A stretch of 64,000 bases of DNA from an uncultured Spirochaetaceae bacterium (GTDB lineage: Bacteria > Myxococcota_A > UBA9160 > UBA4427), in assembly GCA_964457385.1 (NCBI GenBank), contig CAYWGW010000002.1, forward strand, positions 1,883-65,882. Direction: 5' to 3'. The translations under genes and the position numbers were made by a program. Under the pieces are notes generated by a model. It did not search any database. It was not told where the DNA came from and saw only the letters and a program-made list of their open reading frames with translations. Shown one piece after another: positions 12,673 to 22,532 of this stretch (its first letter is position 1; each line of letters begins with the position of its first letter).

Positions 12673-13992
12673 ATGCGGCGCGCGTGTCCGCGGAGCCGCG
12701 GACCGCCAACCACGGGTCACGCTGAACGGATGCCGCGGCGAGGGACTAGCCTTCCGAGTCCCTGGCGTCCCCTGGCGAACGATCGATCCGTGGCGACGAA
12801 TTCGAGAGAGACGAACGGGAAGGCTTCTTCCGACGAGACCCTCGGAGGCACTCGCGGAGGCAGTTTCGCAGACGGTCTCGGACTGGGGCCGAGTGCTGCG
12901 AAGCACTGGCTCGCCATCCACGATGAGATCGCCTGGCATCCGGAGCGTGCGACTGCAGCCTCGAGAGACGGGCTCGCGCCCGACGCCTTGCTGGCCCGCC
13001 TGCGAGCAAGCTGTCCGCCCCGTCCCGGCCCGGGGACGCCCCGATCGGATCGGGTCGAGAACAGCGACATCGAGAAAATCGTGGCGCGACACGAGGCGCT
13101 CGGGATCCGCGTGCTGCTCGTCGGGAGACCGGGCTACCCACCGAGCCTGGATCCGCTGGCGGATGCGCCGCCGATCCTGCTCGTCCGAGGCGATCCGGGT
13201 CTATTCGCGAAGCCGGCAATCGCCCTCGTCGGGGCGCGCGCGGCCACGCAGCTCGGAGCGCGGACGGCGCGCCGATTGGGACGGACGCTGGCGGAATCCG
13301 GCTTCGTGATCGTCTCCGGGCTGGCCCGGGGCATCGATGGGGAGGCGCATCGGGGTGCCCTGGAAGGAGGTGGCCGGACGATCGCCGTGCTCGCCTGCGG
13401 CCCCGACCGGATCTACCCGCCTGAGCATCGGCGGGTCGCGGAGGCAATCCTGGAGCGCGGCGCGCTCGTCTCCGAGATGCCGGTCGGTACGCCGCCCCGA
13501 GCGGCCCATTTCCCACTCCGCAATCGGCTCATCAGTGGTCTCTCCCTCGGCGTGATCGTGGTCGAAGCGCGCCGGAGAAGCGGCTCGCTGATCACGGTCC
13601 GCCATGCGTTGAACCAGGGGCGAGAGGTCTTCGTGGTTCCGGGGTCGGTAGAGGGTCCCTTCGCGGAGGGCTCGAACCAGCTCCTGCGGGACGGCGCCCG
13701 GGCCATATGCGATTCGAGAGACGTGATTGAAGATCTGGGCGGAATCGTCGAAGAGCCGGCGTCGTCGATCGAGAGCCCGACGAGTAGCGCGAGCGAGCGG
13801 ACGGCACCGGCCGGGGACGCGCCGGGGCGGCGCGTGCTCGACGCACTCGAGCGGGGGCCCCTGGACCGGGACGAGCTGCAGCGCCGATGTGGGCTCGAGG
13901 CCGGGACGCTTGCGCGCGTGCTGCTCGAGCTCGATCTGTCCGGGCGCGTCGTCGAGGAGCGCGACGGTCGAATCCATCGGCGCTGGGGATGA
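12673..13992 (+). CDS. dprA: DNA processing protein DprA (Smf)
   Basis: LVGARAATQLGARTARRLGRTLAESGFVIVSGLARGIDGEAHRGALEGGGRTIAVLACGPDRIYPPEH, PLRNRLISGLS and VVEARRRSGSLIT motifs, plus a C-terminal winged-helix-like tail. The start is uncertain: ATG 12730 is an alternative, and third-position GC is low in the first ~70 codons. Confidence 0.85.
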   Translation: MRRACPRSRGPPTTGHAERMPRRGTSLPSPWRPLANDRSVATNSRETNGKASSDETLGGTRGGSFADGLGLGPSAAKHWLAIHDEIAWHPERATAASRDGLAPDALLARLRASCPPRPGPGTPRSDRVENSDIEKIVARHEALGIRVLLVGRPGYPPSLDPLADAPPILLVRGDPGLFAKPAIALVGARAATQLGARTARRLGRTLAESGFVIVSGLARGIDGEAHRGALEGGGRTIAVLACGPDRIYPPEHRRVAEAILERGALVSEMPVGTPPRAAHFPLRNRLISGLSLGVIVVEARRRSGSLITVRHALNQGREVFVVPGSVEGPFAEGSNQLLRDGARAICDSRDVIEDLGGIVEEPASSIESPTSSASERTAPAGDAPGRRVLDALERGPLDRDELQRRCGLEAGTLARVLLELDLSGRVVEERDGRIHRRWG

Positions 13993-14369
13993 CCAGCTCG
14001 GGAGACAGGGTCGCCCTCAGGTGCCGGACCTGGGCTATCGTCCAGCGGTCGGCCATCGCTCCGCTCGACTCCCCCCGCTCACCGCCCCCCGGAACCGGAG
14101 GCTCGCGCAACACGCTCTGGCGCCGAGCTGGGAGCGCGCGCGCCCGGTCTTCGGAGCCCGGCGGCGCGACGCCCGGGGAGCTTGGATACAGCGGGCGATG
14201 AGGAGCCCGGGTGCGACCTCTCGAGTCGCTCGGCGAGAGTGGTCGCGAGCTCCAGCAGAGGGGTAGCTCCGGTTCCAGCTGGAGACGAAGGAGGCGACGG
14301 GGATGAGAGAGAGAGGAAGGGCAGAGTGAGCGATCGGGCCGAAACGATCCAGTGCGGGAGCGGAGCGCG

Positions 14370-15761
14370 ATGAGCTCTCCGGCGGGCTTCCGGAGAGCGC
14401 CGGTCGTCGTGGTCGGAGCCGGCCTGGCGGGATCCGAGGCCGCCTGGCAGCTGGCGTCGCGCGGGGTCGACGTCGAGCTCTACGACATGAAGCCCGAGCG
14501 GCTCTCCCCCGCCCATCGCTCGCAGGACTTCGCGGAGCTCGTCTGCAGCAACTCCCTGCGCGCCAACACCCTGGGCAATGCGGTGGGTCTGCTCAAGGAG
14601 GAGATGCGCCGACTCGGCTCCCTGGTCCTGCGGGTGGCCGACGAGACCGCCGTGCCCGCAGGCCGCGCCCTCGCCGTGGATCGCGAGCGCTTCGCGCGGG
14701 GCATCACGGCGGCGATCGAGGCGCATCCGCGCATCGAGATCCGACGGGAGCTCGTCCGAGGGATTCCCGACGCACCGCTCGTGATCCTCGCGACGGGCCC
14801 GCTGACCGATCCGGCGCTCGCGGGCGAGCTCGGGAAGCTGCTCGGCGAGGAGTATCTCTATTTCTACGATGCGATCTCGCCCACGCTCTACGCCGACTCG
14901 ATCGATGAGACCGTCGTCTTCCGCGCCTCCCGCTACGACGAGGAGGGCGAAGGGGACTACCTGAACGTGCCGCTCACCAGGGCGGAGTACGAAGGCTTCG
15001 TCGACGAGATCCTGCGGGCCGAGACCGTTCCCCTCCACGACTTCGAGGCGGCGCTCTACTTCGAGGGCTGCCTGCCGATCGAGGAGATGGCCCGGCGCGG
15101 CCGGGAGACCCTCGCCTACGGACCGCTGAAGCCCGTGGGCCTGCTGGATCCGCGGACCGGGAAGCGGCCTCATGCGGTGGTCCAGCTGCGTCAGGAGGAT
15201 CGCGAGGGGACCCTCTACAACCTCGTCGGATGCCAGACGAAGCTGCGTGTGGGGGAGCAGAAGAGGATCTTTCGCGCGCTGCCCGGGCTCGGGGGTGCGG
15301 TGTTTGCTCGCTTCGGGTCGATCCACCGCAATACCTACGTGAACGCACCGGTGCAGCTCGACGCTGAGCTTCAGCTGAAGGCCCGTCCGGGGGTCTTTCT
15401 GGCGGGACAGATCGCCGGCGTCGAGGGTTACGTGGAGTCGGCGGCGCTGGGCTACCTCGTCGGGCTCGGTGTGGCGCATCGCGCGCTGGGGCTGCCCGTG
15501 GTGGCGCCGCCGCCGGAGACCGCGCACGGCGCGTTGTTGCGCCATCTGCAGAACGCGAATGCGCGGCATTTCCAGCCGATGAACGTGAACTACGGGCTAT
15601 TTCCGCCGCTCTCCGTCGAGGAGGCGACCTATCAGACGGCGAGTGGTCGGCGCAAGAAGCGACCCAAGCGCGAGAAGAACGAGAAGCTGGCGAAGCGGGC
15701 CCTGCAGGCGCTCGCGGATTTTCGCGGGCGATCGTGGCCACCGCTCTCGGAGGCGGGATGA
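14370..15761 (+). CDS. trmFO: Methylenetetrahydrofolate--tRNA-(uracil-5-)-methyltransferase TrmFO (Gid)
   Basis: VVVVGAGLAGSEAAWQLASRGVDVELYDMKP FAD fold, with LVCSNSLR and GQIAGVEGYVESAA motifs. GGGAGCGGAG lies upstream of ATG 14370. Confidence 0.9.
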   Translation: MSSPAGFRRAPVVVVGAGLAGSEAAWQLASRGVDVELYDMKPERLSPAHRSQDFAELVCSNSLRANTLGNAVGLLKEEMRRLGSLVLRVADETAVPAGRALAVDRERFARGITAAIEAHPRIEIRRELVRGIPDAPLVILATGPLTDPALAGELGKLLGEEYLYFYDAISPTLYADSIDETVVFRASRYDEEGEGDYLNVPLTRAEYEGFVDEILRAETVPLHDFEAALYFEGCLPIEEMARRGRETLAYGPLKPVGLLDPRTGKRPHAVVQLRQEDREGTLYNLVGCQTKLRVGEQKRIFRALPGLGGAVFARFGSIHRNTYVNAPVQLDAELQLKARPGVFLAGQIAGVEGYVESAALGYLVGLGVAHRALGLPVVAPPPETAHGALLRHLQNANARHFQPMNVNYGLFPPLSVEEATYQTASGRRKKRPKREKNEKLAKRALQALADFRGRSWPPLSEAG

Positions 15762-16795
15762 GCTGGAGCGAAGCGATCGACCGATTCGACCGCCATCTCG
15801 CGGTGGAGCGGGGCCTCTCGCCCCATACCCGGCGCGCCTACGTCGCCGACGTCCGCCAGCTGACCGTGCACACGGGCTCCGGGGTCCTTCCGCCGGATCT
15901 GACTCCGGACCACGTTCGGGCATGGCTCGCCGGCCTCCACAAACGTCGCAGTCCGGCGACGCTCGGGCGCAAGCTGGCGTCGCTGCGTTGCTTTTGTCGC
16001 TGGCTGGTGCGGGAAGGGCTGGCGGAGGCCGATCCGACGGAGGGTCTGCCGATGCCGAAGCAGCCGAAGCGGCTGCCCCATCCGCTCTCGGTCGATGATT
16101 GCGAGACGCTGATCCGGAGCCCGCAGCCAGCGGGAGCACGAAGGACCGATCCGACGGCGGCGCGGGTGCAGCGGATGCGATGGATGGAACTGCGGGATCG
16201 GGCGCTGGTCGAGCTGCTCTACGGGACCGGGATCCGGATCGGCGAGCTGGTCGCGCTCGACGTGCGGGATCTCGAGCTGGCGGCACGGGAGATCCGGGTG
16301 ATGGGCAAGGGGCGCAAGGAGCGCATCGTCCCGATTCCCGAGCAGGCGAGGCAGGCGCTCCGGGCCTGGCTCGAACTTCGTCGCGGCCCCGGCGTGATGA
16401 GCGAGCCGCTGTTCATCTCCTTGCGACCGCGTCGGGAGGAGCGGCGGCGCAGGCTCGCAGCGCGGGAGGCTCACCGGATCCTCGGCGAGCGCGCCGTGCG
16501 TTCGAGCCTGAGCGAACGGGTTCATCCGCACCGCCTGCGTCACAGTTATGCCACCCATCTGCTCGACATGGGGGCCGATCTGCGGGAGATCCAGGAGCTC
16601 CTGGGCCACGTCAGCCTCTCGACCACGCAGAAATACACGGCGGTGTCGATCGAGCACCTGCGGGACGTCTACGATCGGGCCCATCCCCGGGCCCATTCCC
16701 GCGCCCATCCTCGGGCCCATGGGCATCCGGCCGTCGAAGGGTCGAACCCGCATCGAAAAGAGCGGGAGCGGGAAGAGGAAGAAGAGAGCGCATGA
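15758..16795 (+). CDS. xerC: Tyrosine site-specific recombinase XerC/XerD family, with an extended repeat-containing C-terminal tail
   Basis: N-terminal SAM-like domain ([19 protein letters not shown]). The catalytic region has [34 protein letters not shown] with Tyr. ATGA overlap with the trmFO stop. Assignment as XerC rather than XerD is from synteny only. Confidence 0.85.
   Translation: MSWSEAIDRFDRHLAVERGLSPHTRRAYVADVRQLTVHTGSGVLPPDLTPDHVRAWLAGLHKRRSPATLGRKLASLRCFCRWLVREGLAEADPTEGLPMPKQPKRLPHPLSVDDCETLIRSPQPAGARRTDPTAARVQRMRWMELRDRALVELLYGTGIRIGELVALDVRDLELAAREIRVMGKGRKERIVPIPEQARQALRAWLELRRGPGVMSEPLFISLRPRREERRRRLAAREAHRILGERAVRSSLSERVHPHRLRHSYATHLLDMGADLREIQELLGHVSLSTTQKYTAVSIEHLRDVYDRAHPRAHSRAHPRAHGHPAVEGSNPHRKEREREEEEESA
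16679..16726 (+). repeat. Codon-aligned 12-nt tandem repeat x4 (GCCCATCCCCGG-like), encoding [16 protein letters not shown]
   Basis: The units are gcccatccccgg / gcccattcccgc / gcccatcctcgg / gcccatgggcat, head to tail and in the xerC frame. Confidence 0.9.
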
Positions 16796-16860
16796 GCAGG
16801 AGAGGGTGGACACAGCGAATGGAGCGGAGCGCGGACCGGACAGACGAGCAGAGCAAGCCG

Positions 16861-17412
16861 ATGGACGTTCCGGTCCGGAGCCGGCTGCGATCGACGACGG
16901 TCGTCGCGGTGCTTCGGGAGGGTCAGCTCGCCATCGGTGCGGACGGACAGGTCACGCTGGGCGAGACGGTCATGAAGCAGGGCGCCGAGAAGGTCCGTCG
17001 GGTGGCCAAGGGACGGGCACTGGTCGGCTTCGCCGGGGGCGTGGCCGATGCGCTGACACTGATCGAGCGGTTGGAAGGGAAGTTCGAGGCGCATCCGGGC
17101 AACGTCAAGCGCGCGGCGGTCGAGCTGGCCCGGGACTGGCGCACGGATCGCGTGCTGCGGAAGCTCGAGGCGATGATCCTGCTCGGGGATCCAGAGTCGC
17201 TGCTGATGGTCTCGGGCAACGGCGACGTCATCGAGCCGGACGACGGAGTTGCCGCGATCGGCTCGGGGGGCGCCTACGCTCTGGCCGCCGCGCGGTCTCT
17301 CGCGAGGCATTCCTCGATGGACGCGCGCGAGATCGTCGACGCCGCGCTTCGGATCGCGGCGGAGATCTGCATCTATACCAACGACCGGATCACGGTGGAG
17401 GTGCTGCCATGA
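16861..17412 (+). CDS. hslV: ATP-dependent protease subunit HslV (ClpQ)
   Basis: [37 protein letters not shown] and [14 protein letters not shown] motifs. With ATG 16861 there are 11 residues before the catalytic Thr. Upstream parts of the 437-aa track ORF overlap xerC out of frame. Confidence 0.9.
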   Translation: MDVPVRSRLRSTTVVAVLREGQLAIGADGQVTLGETVMKQGAEKVRRVAKGRALVGFAGGVADALTLIERLEGKFEAHPGNVKRAAVELARDWRTDRVLRKLEAMILLGDPESLLMVSGNGDVIEPDDGVAAIGSGGAYALAAARSLARHSSMDAREIVDAALRIAAEICIYTNDRITVEVLP

Positions 17413-18791
17413 CGGATGAAGCGGCCGGCCGGGCCTTCACGCCGAGCCAGACCTTCACGCCCAGGGAGATCGTCTCGGAACTCGATCGCTACGTGATCGG
17501 GCAGCGTGAGGCGAAGCGGGCGGTGGCGGTCGCGCTGCGAAACCGCTGGCGCCGGCAGCAGGTGCCCGAGGAGCTGCGGGAGGAGATCGCTCCCAAGAAC
17601 ATCATCATGATCGGCGCGACCGGTGTGGGCAAGACGGAGATCGCCCGTCGGCTTGCGAAGCTGGCCCAGGCGCCCTTCATCAAGGTCGAGGCCTCGAAGT
17701 TCACGGAGGTCGGCTACGTCGGTCGCGACGTCGAATCGATCGTCCGGGACCTGACGGAGCTGGCCATCCAGCTGGTCTCCGAGGAGGAGCAGAAGGCCGT
17801 CCGCTCGCGGGCGGAGGAGCGGGCGGAGGATCGGATTCTCGATGCGCTGTTGCCGACACCGGTGGCCGCCCGTCCGCCGGAACCCGGCGCCGAGGGCGAT
17901 GCCTCGTCGGAGACCCGGGAGAAGCTGCGGCGCCTGCTTCGCCTCGGCGAGCTCGAGGATCGGGAGGTGGAGCTCGAGCTGAAGGACGAGGGCGGTGGCC
18001 CTTCGCTCTCGATCATGACGCCTCAGGGTGTCGAGGAGATGGGATTTCAGTTCAAGGATCTGCTCTCGGGCCTGATGCCGAAGAAGACCCGGCGTCGGCG
18101 CCTGCGGATCGGGGACGCCCGCGAGTCGCTGATCCAGGAGGAGGCGGAGGCTTTGGTCGACGCCGACAAGGTCCGGGAGCTGGCGGTCCAGCGCGTCGAG
18201 CAGACCGGCATCGTCTTCATCGACGAGATCGACAAGGTCGCCGTCGGAAGCGGCGGACGACAGGGCGCCGACGTCTCCCGGGAAGGGGTGCAGCGGGACC
18301 TGCTGCCGATCGTCGAGGGCTCCACGGTCCAGACGAAGCACGGTCCCGTCTCGACGGATCATATCCTGTTCATCGCCGCCGGCGCCTTCCACGTCGCCAA
18401 GCCCTCGGATCTGATCCCCGAGCTGCAGGGGCGCTTTCCGATTCGCGTCGAGCTCTCGAGTCTCGGACGCGCGGATCTGGTGCGGGTGCTGACGGAGCCG
18501 GCGAACTCCCTGGTCCGGCAGTACACGGCGTTGCTCGCCACCGAAGGCATCGATCTCGTCTTCGAGCCTTCGGGCATCGAGGCGATCGCCGGCGTCGCGG
18601 CGACGGTCAACGAGCGGACGGCGGACATCGGGGCCCGGCGTCTGCATACCGTGATGGAGCGGCTGCTCGAGGAGCTGTCCTTCGACGCACCGGACATTGG
18701 CCAGCAGCGGATCGTGGTGGACGAGGCCCTGGTGCAGAAACGGCTCGGCGATCTGCTGGCGGATCAGGACCTGTCGCAGTACATCCTGTAG
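17409..18791 (+). CDS. hslU: ATP-dependent protease ATPase subunit HslU (ClpY)
   Basis: [32 protein letters not shown], Walker [16 protein letters not shown], and [12 protein letters not shown] overlap with the hslV stop at 17409-17412. Confidence 0.95.
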   Translation: MTDEAAGRAFTPSQTFTPREIVSELDRYVIGQREAKRAVAVALRNRWRRQQVPEELREEIAPKNIIMIGATGVGKTEIARRLAKLAQAPFIKVEASKFTEVGYVGRDVESIVRDLTELAIQLVSEEEQKAVRSRAEERAEDRILDALLPTPVAARPPEPGAEGDASSETREKLRRLLRLGELEDREVELELKDEGGGPSLSIMTPQGVEEMGFQFKDLLSGLMPKKTRRRRLRIGDARESLIQEEAEALVDADKVRELAVQRVEQTGIVFIDEIDKVAVGSGGRQGADVSREGVQRDLLPIVEGSTVQTKHGPVSTDHILFIAAGAFHVAKPSDLIPELQGRFPIRVELSSLGRADLVRVLTEPANSLVRQYTALLATEGIDLVFEPSGIEAIAGVAATVNERTADIGARRLHTVMERLLEELSFDAPDIGQQRIVVDEALVQKRLGDLLADQDLSQYIL

Positions 18792-18820
18792 GCGAGAGCG
18801 GGCTGTAGGCGAGATGCGGG
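18786..18820 (+). repeat. 17/18-nt tandem duplication spanning the hslU stop codon
   Basis: ctgtaggcgagagcggg is followed directly by ctgtaggcgagatgcggg. The first copy contains the hslU TAG. Confidence 0.85.
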
Positions 18821-18836
18821 ATTCGAGGGGGAAGTC

Positions 18837-20369
18837 ATGAGCGACTCCAGGGTCGACGTCCTGATCGTGGATGACGAGTTGTTTTTTCTCGAGGCGATCG
18901 ATCAGATCCTCACGGCCGCCGGCTTCAGGACGGTGCGCGCGGAGGACGGAGGGAGCGCCCTCGAGATCGCGACGGATCCCGCGATCGGGGTCGTCGTCCT
19001 CGACGTCCGTCTTCCGGACATCGATGGCATCCAGGTGCTGGCGCGCCTTCGCGAGCAGCGGCCCGATCTCTCCGTGATCATGCTCTCGGCCTCGACGGAT
19101 CAGGAGATCGTGCTCGAGGCCCTGCGGCTCGGAGCCTGCGACTACCTGGCGAAGCCGCTGCACGACGAGGAGCTCGTGCTGGCGGTGGGTCGGGCACTCG
19201 ATTCCCATTGCGCCAATGTCGATCGCCGCCGGCTCCGTTCGCAGATCGATCGGCTGGCTGAGGGCATGGAGGGACTCGCCCGGCTGCTTCGCCTGGCCGA
19301 TCCAGGCGAGCGGGCCTCTGCGCTGCGTCAGGGAATCGTCGATGCAGCGAGTCGGATCCTGCAGGCCTCCCGGGTCTCGTTGATGCTGGCGGAGGCCGAT
19401 GGGCAACGGCTCTCGGTGGTGGCGGTCCGGGGGGCCGACGTCGACGCCGAAGCAATGCAGTCTCGCAAGCCGGGAGAGGGCGCTTCGGGTCTGGCATTCG
19501 TCGAGGGCCGGGTGCTGAGCGTGCCGGATGCCCGGCATGATGCGCGCTTCGTGGGGCGAGCGTCGGATCGCTACCAGAGTGCAGCCTTCGCCATCGTACC
19601 GCTCGTCTGCCTCGGTGTCCCGGTGGGCGTGCTCTGCCTGACCGATTGCCAGGAAGACGACCCCTTCGTCTTCGAGGAGACGAGCCTGCTGCGTCTGCTC
19701 GGGATGCAGGTCTCCGAGTTTCTCGCAGCCGATCCCGATGTCGAGGCGCTGCTCCAGGCGTCGAGCGTCATCGGGGTCGAGGGCGTCGACGAGGCCTTCG
19801 ACGGCGCAGAAGGGAATGACGACGCCGAGCTGGCGCGCGCCATCTGCGACGCGGTGGCCTCGGAGGTGGAGCCCGAGCTCGTCCTGCGTCGCGCACTGGC
19901 GGCGGTGTCCAGCCAGCTGGGGGCGGCGCCCGTGGCGTTGCACCTGCTCTCCCGCGATGGCTCGCGACTCGAGATCGAGGCCGAGGCGGATGGGGGGCGA
20001 CGAGGAGATCGCGTCTCCCTGGCGATTGGCGAGGGATTGACCGGGCTCGTCATTCAGAACGGTCAGTTGGTGGCCGTCGACTCGCCCGAGGAAGAGGGGC
20101 GGTTCCGGCCGGCGGTGGATACCGCCAGCGATGGGGTCGCCCGTCCCTATCTCTGCGTGCCGATCAAGCTGCGGGAGAAGCTGGTGGGCGTGCTCCGGAT
20201 CTTCCTCGAGCCGGGCCGCAGGACGTCTCCCCGTTCGGGGGAGGTGTTGGCAGCGGCTTTTTCGGCAGCCGTTCGCAGCGTGCTCCTGTACCGTAGCCTC
20301 GTTCAGAGCATCGAGGAGATGGCCGAGGCCCGCCGGCAGATGAGCTCGCGCGGAACCGGTCGACCCTGA
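18837..20369 (+). CDS. Response regulator with receiver domain and two GAF-like domains (no recognisable output domain)
   Basis: Canonical REC features: VLIVDDE, VVVLDVRLPDIDG, IMLSAS, YLAKPL. These are followed by about 380 aa with two GAF-like segments (e.g. RILQASRVSLMLAE..., PYLCVPIKLREKLVGVLRIF). Confidence 0.8.
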   Translation: MSDSRVDVLIVDDELFFLEAIDQILTAAGFRTVRAEDGGSALEIATDPAIGVVVLDVRLPDIDGIQVLARLREQRPDLSVIMLSASTDQEIVLEALRLGACDYLAKPLHDEELVLAVGRALDSHCANVDRRRLRSQIDRLAEGMEGLARLLRLADPGERASALRQGIVDAASRILQASRVSLMLAEADGQRLSVVAVRGADVDAEAMQSRKPGEGASGLAFVEGRVLSVPDARHDARFVGRASDRYQSAAFAIVPLVCLGVPVGVLCLTDCQEDDPFVFEETSLLRLLGMQVSEFLAADPDVEALLQASSVIGVEGVDEAFDGAEGNDDAELARAICDAVASEVEPELVLRRALAAVSSQLGAAPVALHLLSRDGSRLEIEAEADGGRRGDRVSLAIGEGLTGLVIQNGQLVAVDSPEEEGRFRPAVDTASDGVARPYLCVPIKLREKLVGVLRIFLEPGRRTSPRSGEVLAAAFSAAVRSVLLYRSLVQSIEEMAEARRQMSSRGTGRP

Positions 20370-20406
20370 GAGACGGCGAGGGTGCCCGGGTGACAGGCGG
20401 AGATTG

Positions 20407-21261
20407 ATGCAGAGGCTGGTCGACAAGGCGAAGGTCCTGATCGAGGCGCTGCCCTACATGAGGCGGCTGCTCGGCAAGACGATCGTGGTGAAATACGGCG
20501 GGCATGCGATGACCGACGAGGCGCTCCAGGCGTCCTTTGCGTCGGACATCGTGCTCCTGAAGCACATCGGCCTGCGACCCGTGATCGTACACGGCGGCGG
20601 TCCACAGATTGCGGCGACTCTCGCGCGTCTCGGCAAGCAATCGACCTTCGTGGACGGGCGCCGGGTGACCGACGACGAGACGATGGAGGTCGTCGAGATG
20701 GTGCTCGGGGGGCGCGTCAATCGGGAGATCGTCGAGTTGATCCAGCAGGCGGGCGGGCGCGCGATGGGTCTCACCGGCAGCGACGGGGGTCTGATCCGGG
20801 TCCGCCGGAAGATCATCGAGGGTCGGGATCTCGGGCGCGTGGGAGAGGTGACGGCGGTCGATCCAAACGTGCTGCAGGCGGCGATGGACGCGGGCTTCGT
20901 GCCCGTGGTGGCACCGATCGGAGGGGACGATGTCGGGCGCAGCCACAACGTGAATGCCGACGAGGCCGCCGGGGCGATCGCCGCGGCGCTGCGGGCGGAG
21001 AAGCTGATCCTGCTCACCGACGTCGAGGGCGTGCTCGACGCGCAGGGCAAGCTGATCAGCGAGCTCTCGGTCGAGCAGTGTCGCAAGCTGATCGCCGAGG
21101 GGACGATCGCGGGGGGCATGATTCCCAAGATGGAATGCTGTATCCAGGCGCTCTCGGGGGGTGTGGCCCGGACCCACGTCGTCGACGGACGCGTCGTGCA
21201 CGCCGTGCTGCTCGAGATCTTCAGCGACGACGCAGGTGTGGGAACGCTGCTGGTTCCCTGA
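20407..21261 (+). CDS. argB: Acetylglutamate kinase
   Basis: KTIVVKYGGHAM, VIVHGGGPQI and NVNADEAAGAIAAAL motifs. ATG 20407 is preferred to the adjacent TTG 20404. Confidence 0.9.
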   Translation: MQRLVDKAKVLIEALPYMRRLLGKTIVVKYGGHAMTDEALQASFASDIVLLKHIGLRPVIVHGGGPQIAATLARLGKQSTFVDGRRVTDDETMEVVEMVLGGRVNREIVELIQQAGGRAMGLTGSDGGLIRVRRKIIEGRDLGRVGEVTAVDPNVLQAAMDAGFVPVVAPIGGDDVGRSHNVNADEAAGAIAAALRAEKLILLTDVEGVLDAQGKLISELSVEQCRKLIAEGTIAGGMIPKMECCIQALSGGVARTHVVDGRVVHAVLLEIFSDDAGVGTLLVP

Positions 21262-21370
21262 AGTTGCGCATTCTTCGAATAGGCGACCCCTCCTGAACGG
21301 AACGCATTGGCCGGAATGGATTGGAAGGCACGGATTCGAAGGTACGGACGAGGATGAGATTCGAGTAAGC

Positions 21371-22297
21371 ATGCCCAAGGATTTCGTGACTGTGGCGGAA
21401 TGGCCCGCCGAGGAGCTGTGGTCGATCGTCGACCGCGCACTCCAGCTGCGCGCGAGCCATCGCGCGGGCAAGCGGCCGCGCACGCTCGAGGGGCTGACCC
21501 TCGCGATGTACTTCGAGAAACCCTCTCTGAGGACCCACGTGACCTTCGAGGCGGGCATCGCGCAACTCGGGGGGCATGCGATCCTGCTCAGACCCGAGCA
21601 GATCGGGATCGGTACGCGCGAGAGCCCTGAAGATGTCGCCCGGAGCCTGTCTCGCTGGGTGGACTGTCTGATGGCGCGCACCTACAGCCATGAGCTGGTC
21701 GAGCAGCTGGCTCGGGATGCGACGATCCCGGTGGTGAACGGCCTGACCGATCTCCTGCATCCCTGCCAGGCGATGGCGGATCTCGTGACCATCGCCGGCG
21801 TGATGAAGCCGACCGACGCGGTGCTGGCGTACGTGGGCGACGGGAACAACGTGGCCAACTCCCTGATCCTGCTGGCGGCGGTGCTCGGCCTGCGTCTCCG
21901 GCTGGCGACGCCCGGGACCCATCGGCCGTCGGCCCGTGTGATGGACCGGGCCCGCCCTCTCGCGGAGGCCAGCGGGGCGGAGATCCTGTGGACCGAAGAT
22001 CCGTTCGAGGCGGTCCGGGGAGCGAGCTTCGTCTACACCGATACCTGGACGAGCATGGGTCAGGAAGCGGAGGCCGAGCAGCGTCGCCGGATCTTTCGGG
22101 CCTATCAGGTGAACGAGGCGCTGCTGGCGCGGAGCGACGATGCCCGGGTGATGCATTGCCTCCCGGCGCATCGGGGCGAAGAGGTGAGCGCCGAGGTCCT
22201 GGACGGTCCGCGAAGTGTGGTCTTCGATCAGGCAGAGAATCGCCTGCACGCACAGAATGCGATCCTGGAGCATCTGCTCGTCCGGAACCGCGCCTGA
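21371..22297 (+). CDS. argF: Ornithine carbamoyltransferase
   Basis: FEKPSLRTHVTFE, LLHPCQAMADL, DTWTSMGQE and VMHCLPAHRGEEV motifs. ATG is at 21371. The upstream part of the 378-aa track ORF overlaps argB. Confidence 0.9.
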   Translation: MPKDFVTVAEWPAEELWSIVDRALQLRASHRAGKRPRTLEGLTLAMYFEKPSLRTHVTFEAGIAQLGGHAILLRPEQIGIGTRESPEDVARSLSRWVDCLMARTYSHELVEQLARDATIPVVNGLTDLLHPCQAMADLVTIAGVMKPTDAVLAYVGDGNNVANSLILLAAVLGLRLRLATPGTHRPSARVMDRARPLAEASGAEILWTEDPFEAVRGASFVYTDTWTSMGQEAEAEQRRRIFRAYQVNEALLARSDDARVMHCLPAHRGEEVSAEVLDGPRSVVFDQAENRLHAQNAILEHLLVRNRA

Positions 22298-22532
22298 TCC
22301 CCGCTGGAGTCCGACGCCCTGGGCATCCGCCCTGTGTGTCGCCTCCCGATCGTCCGCGCGTGACCGGAGATACGTTATTTCGTAGGGATTTAGACTCGCT
22401 TTCTCCGGGAATGTGGTCCAGCAGCTTCTCCGGGGCCCAGCGGTTCCCGATGCGTCCTCAGATTTCGGCCGGATCGGGCCGATGAGACTTCCGTCGAGGC
22501 ATGCCTGGCTCATGACCTCGCTGGGGAGAAGC

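Noticed and set aside
17373-20426. 1017-aa ORF on the minus strand.
   Set aside because: It is entirely antisense to hslU and the REC-GAF gene, both of which have unmistakable motifs. Its translation is low-complexity (Arg/Pro/Gly/Leu rich), as is typical of stop-codon-poor shadow frames in high-GC DNA.
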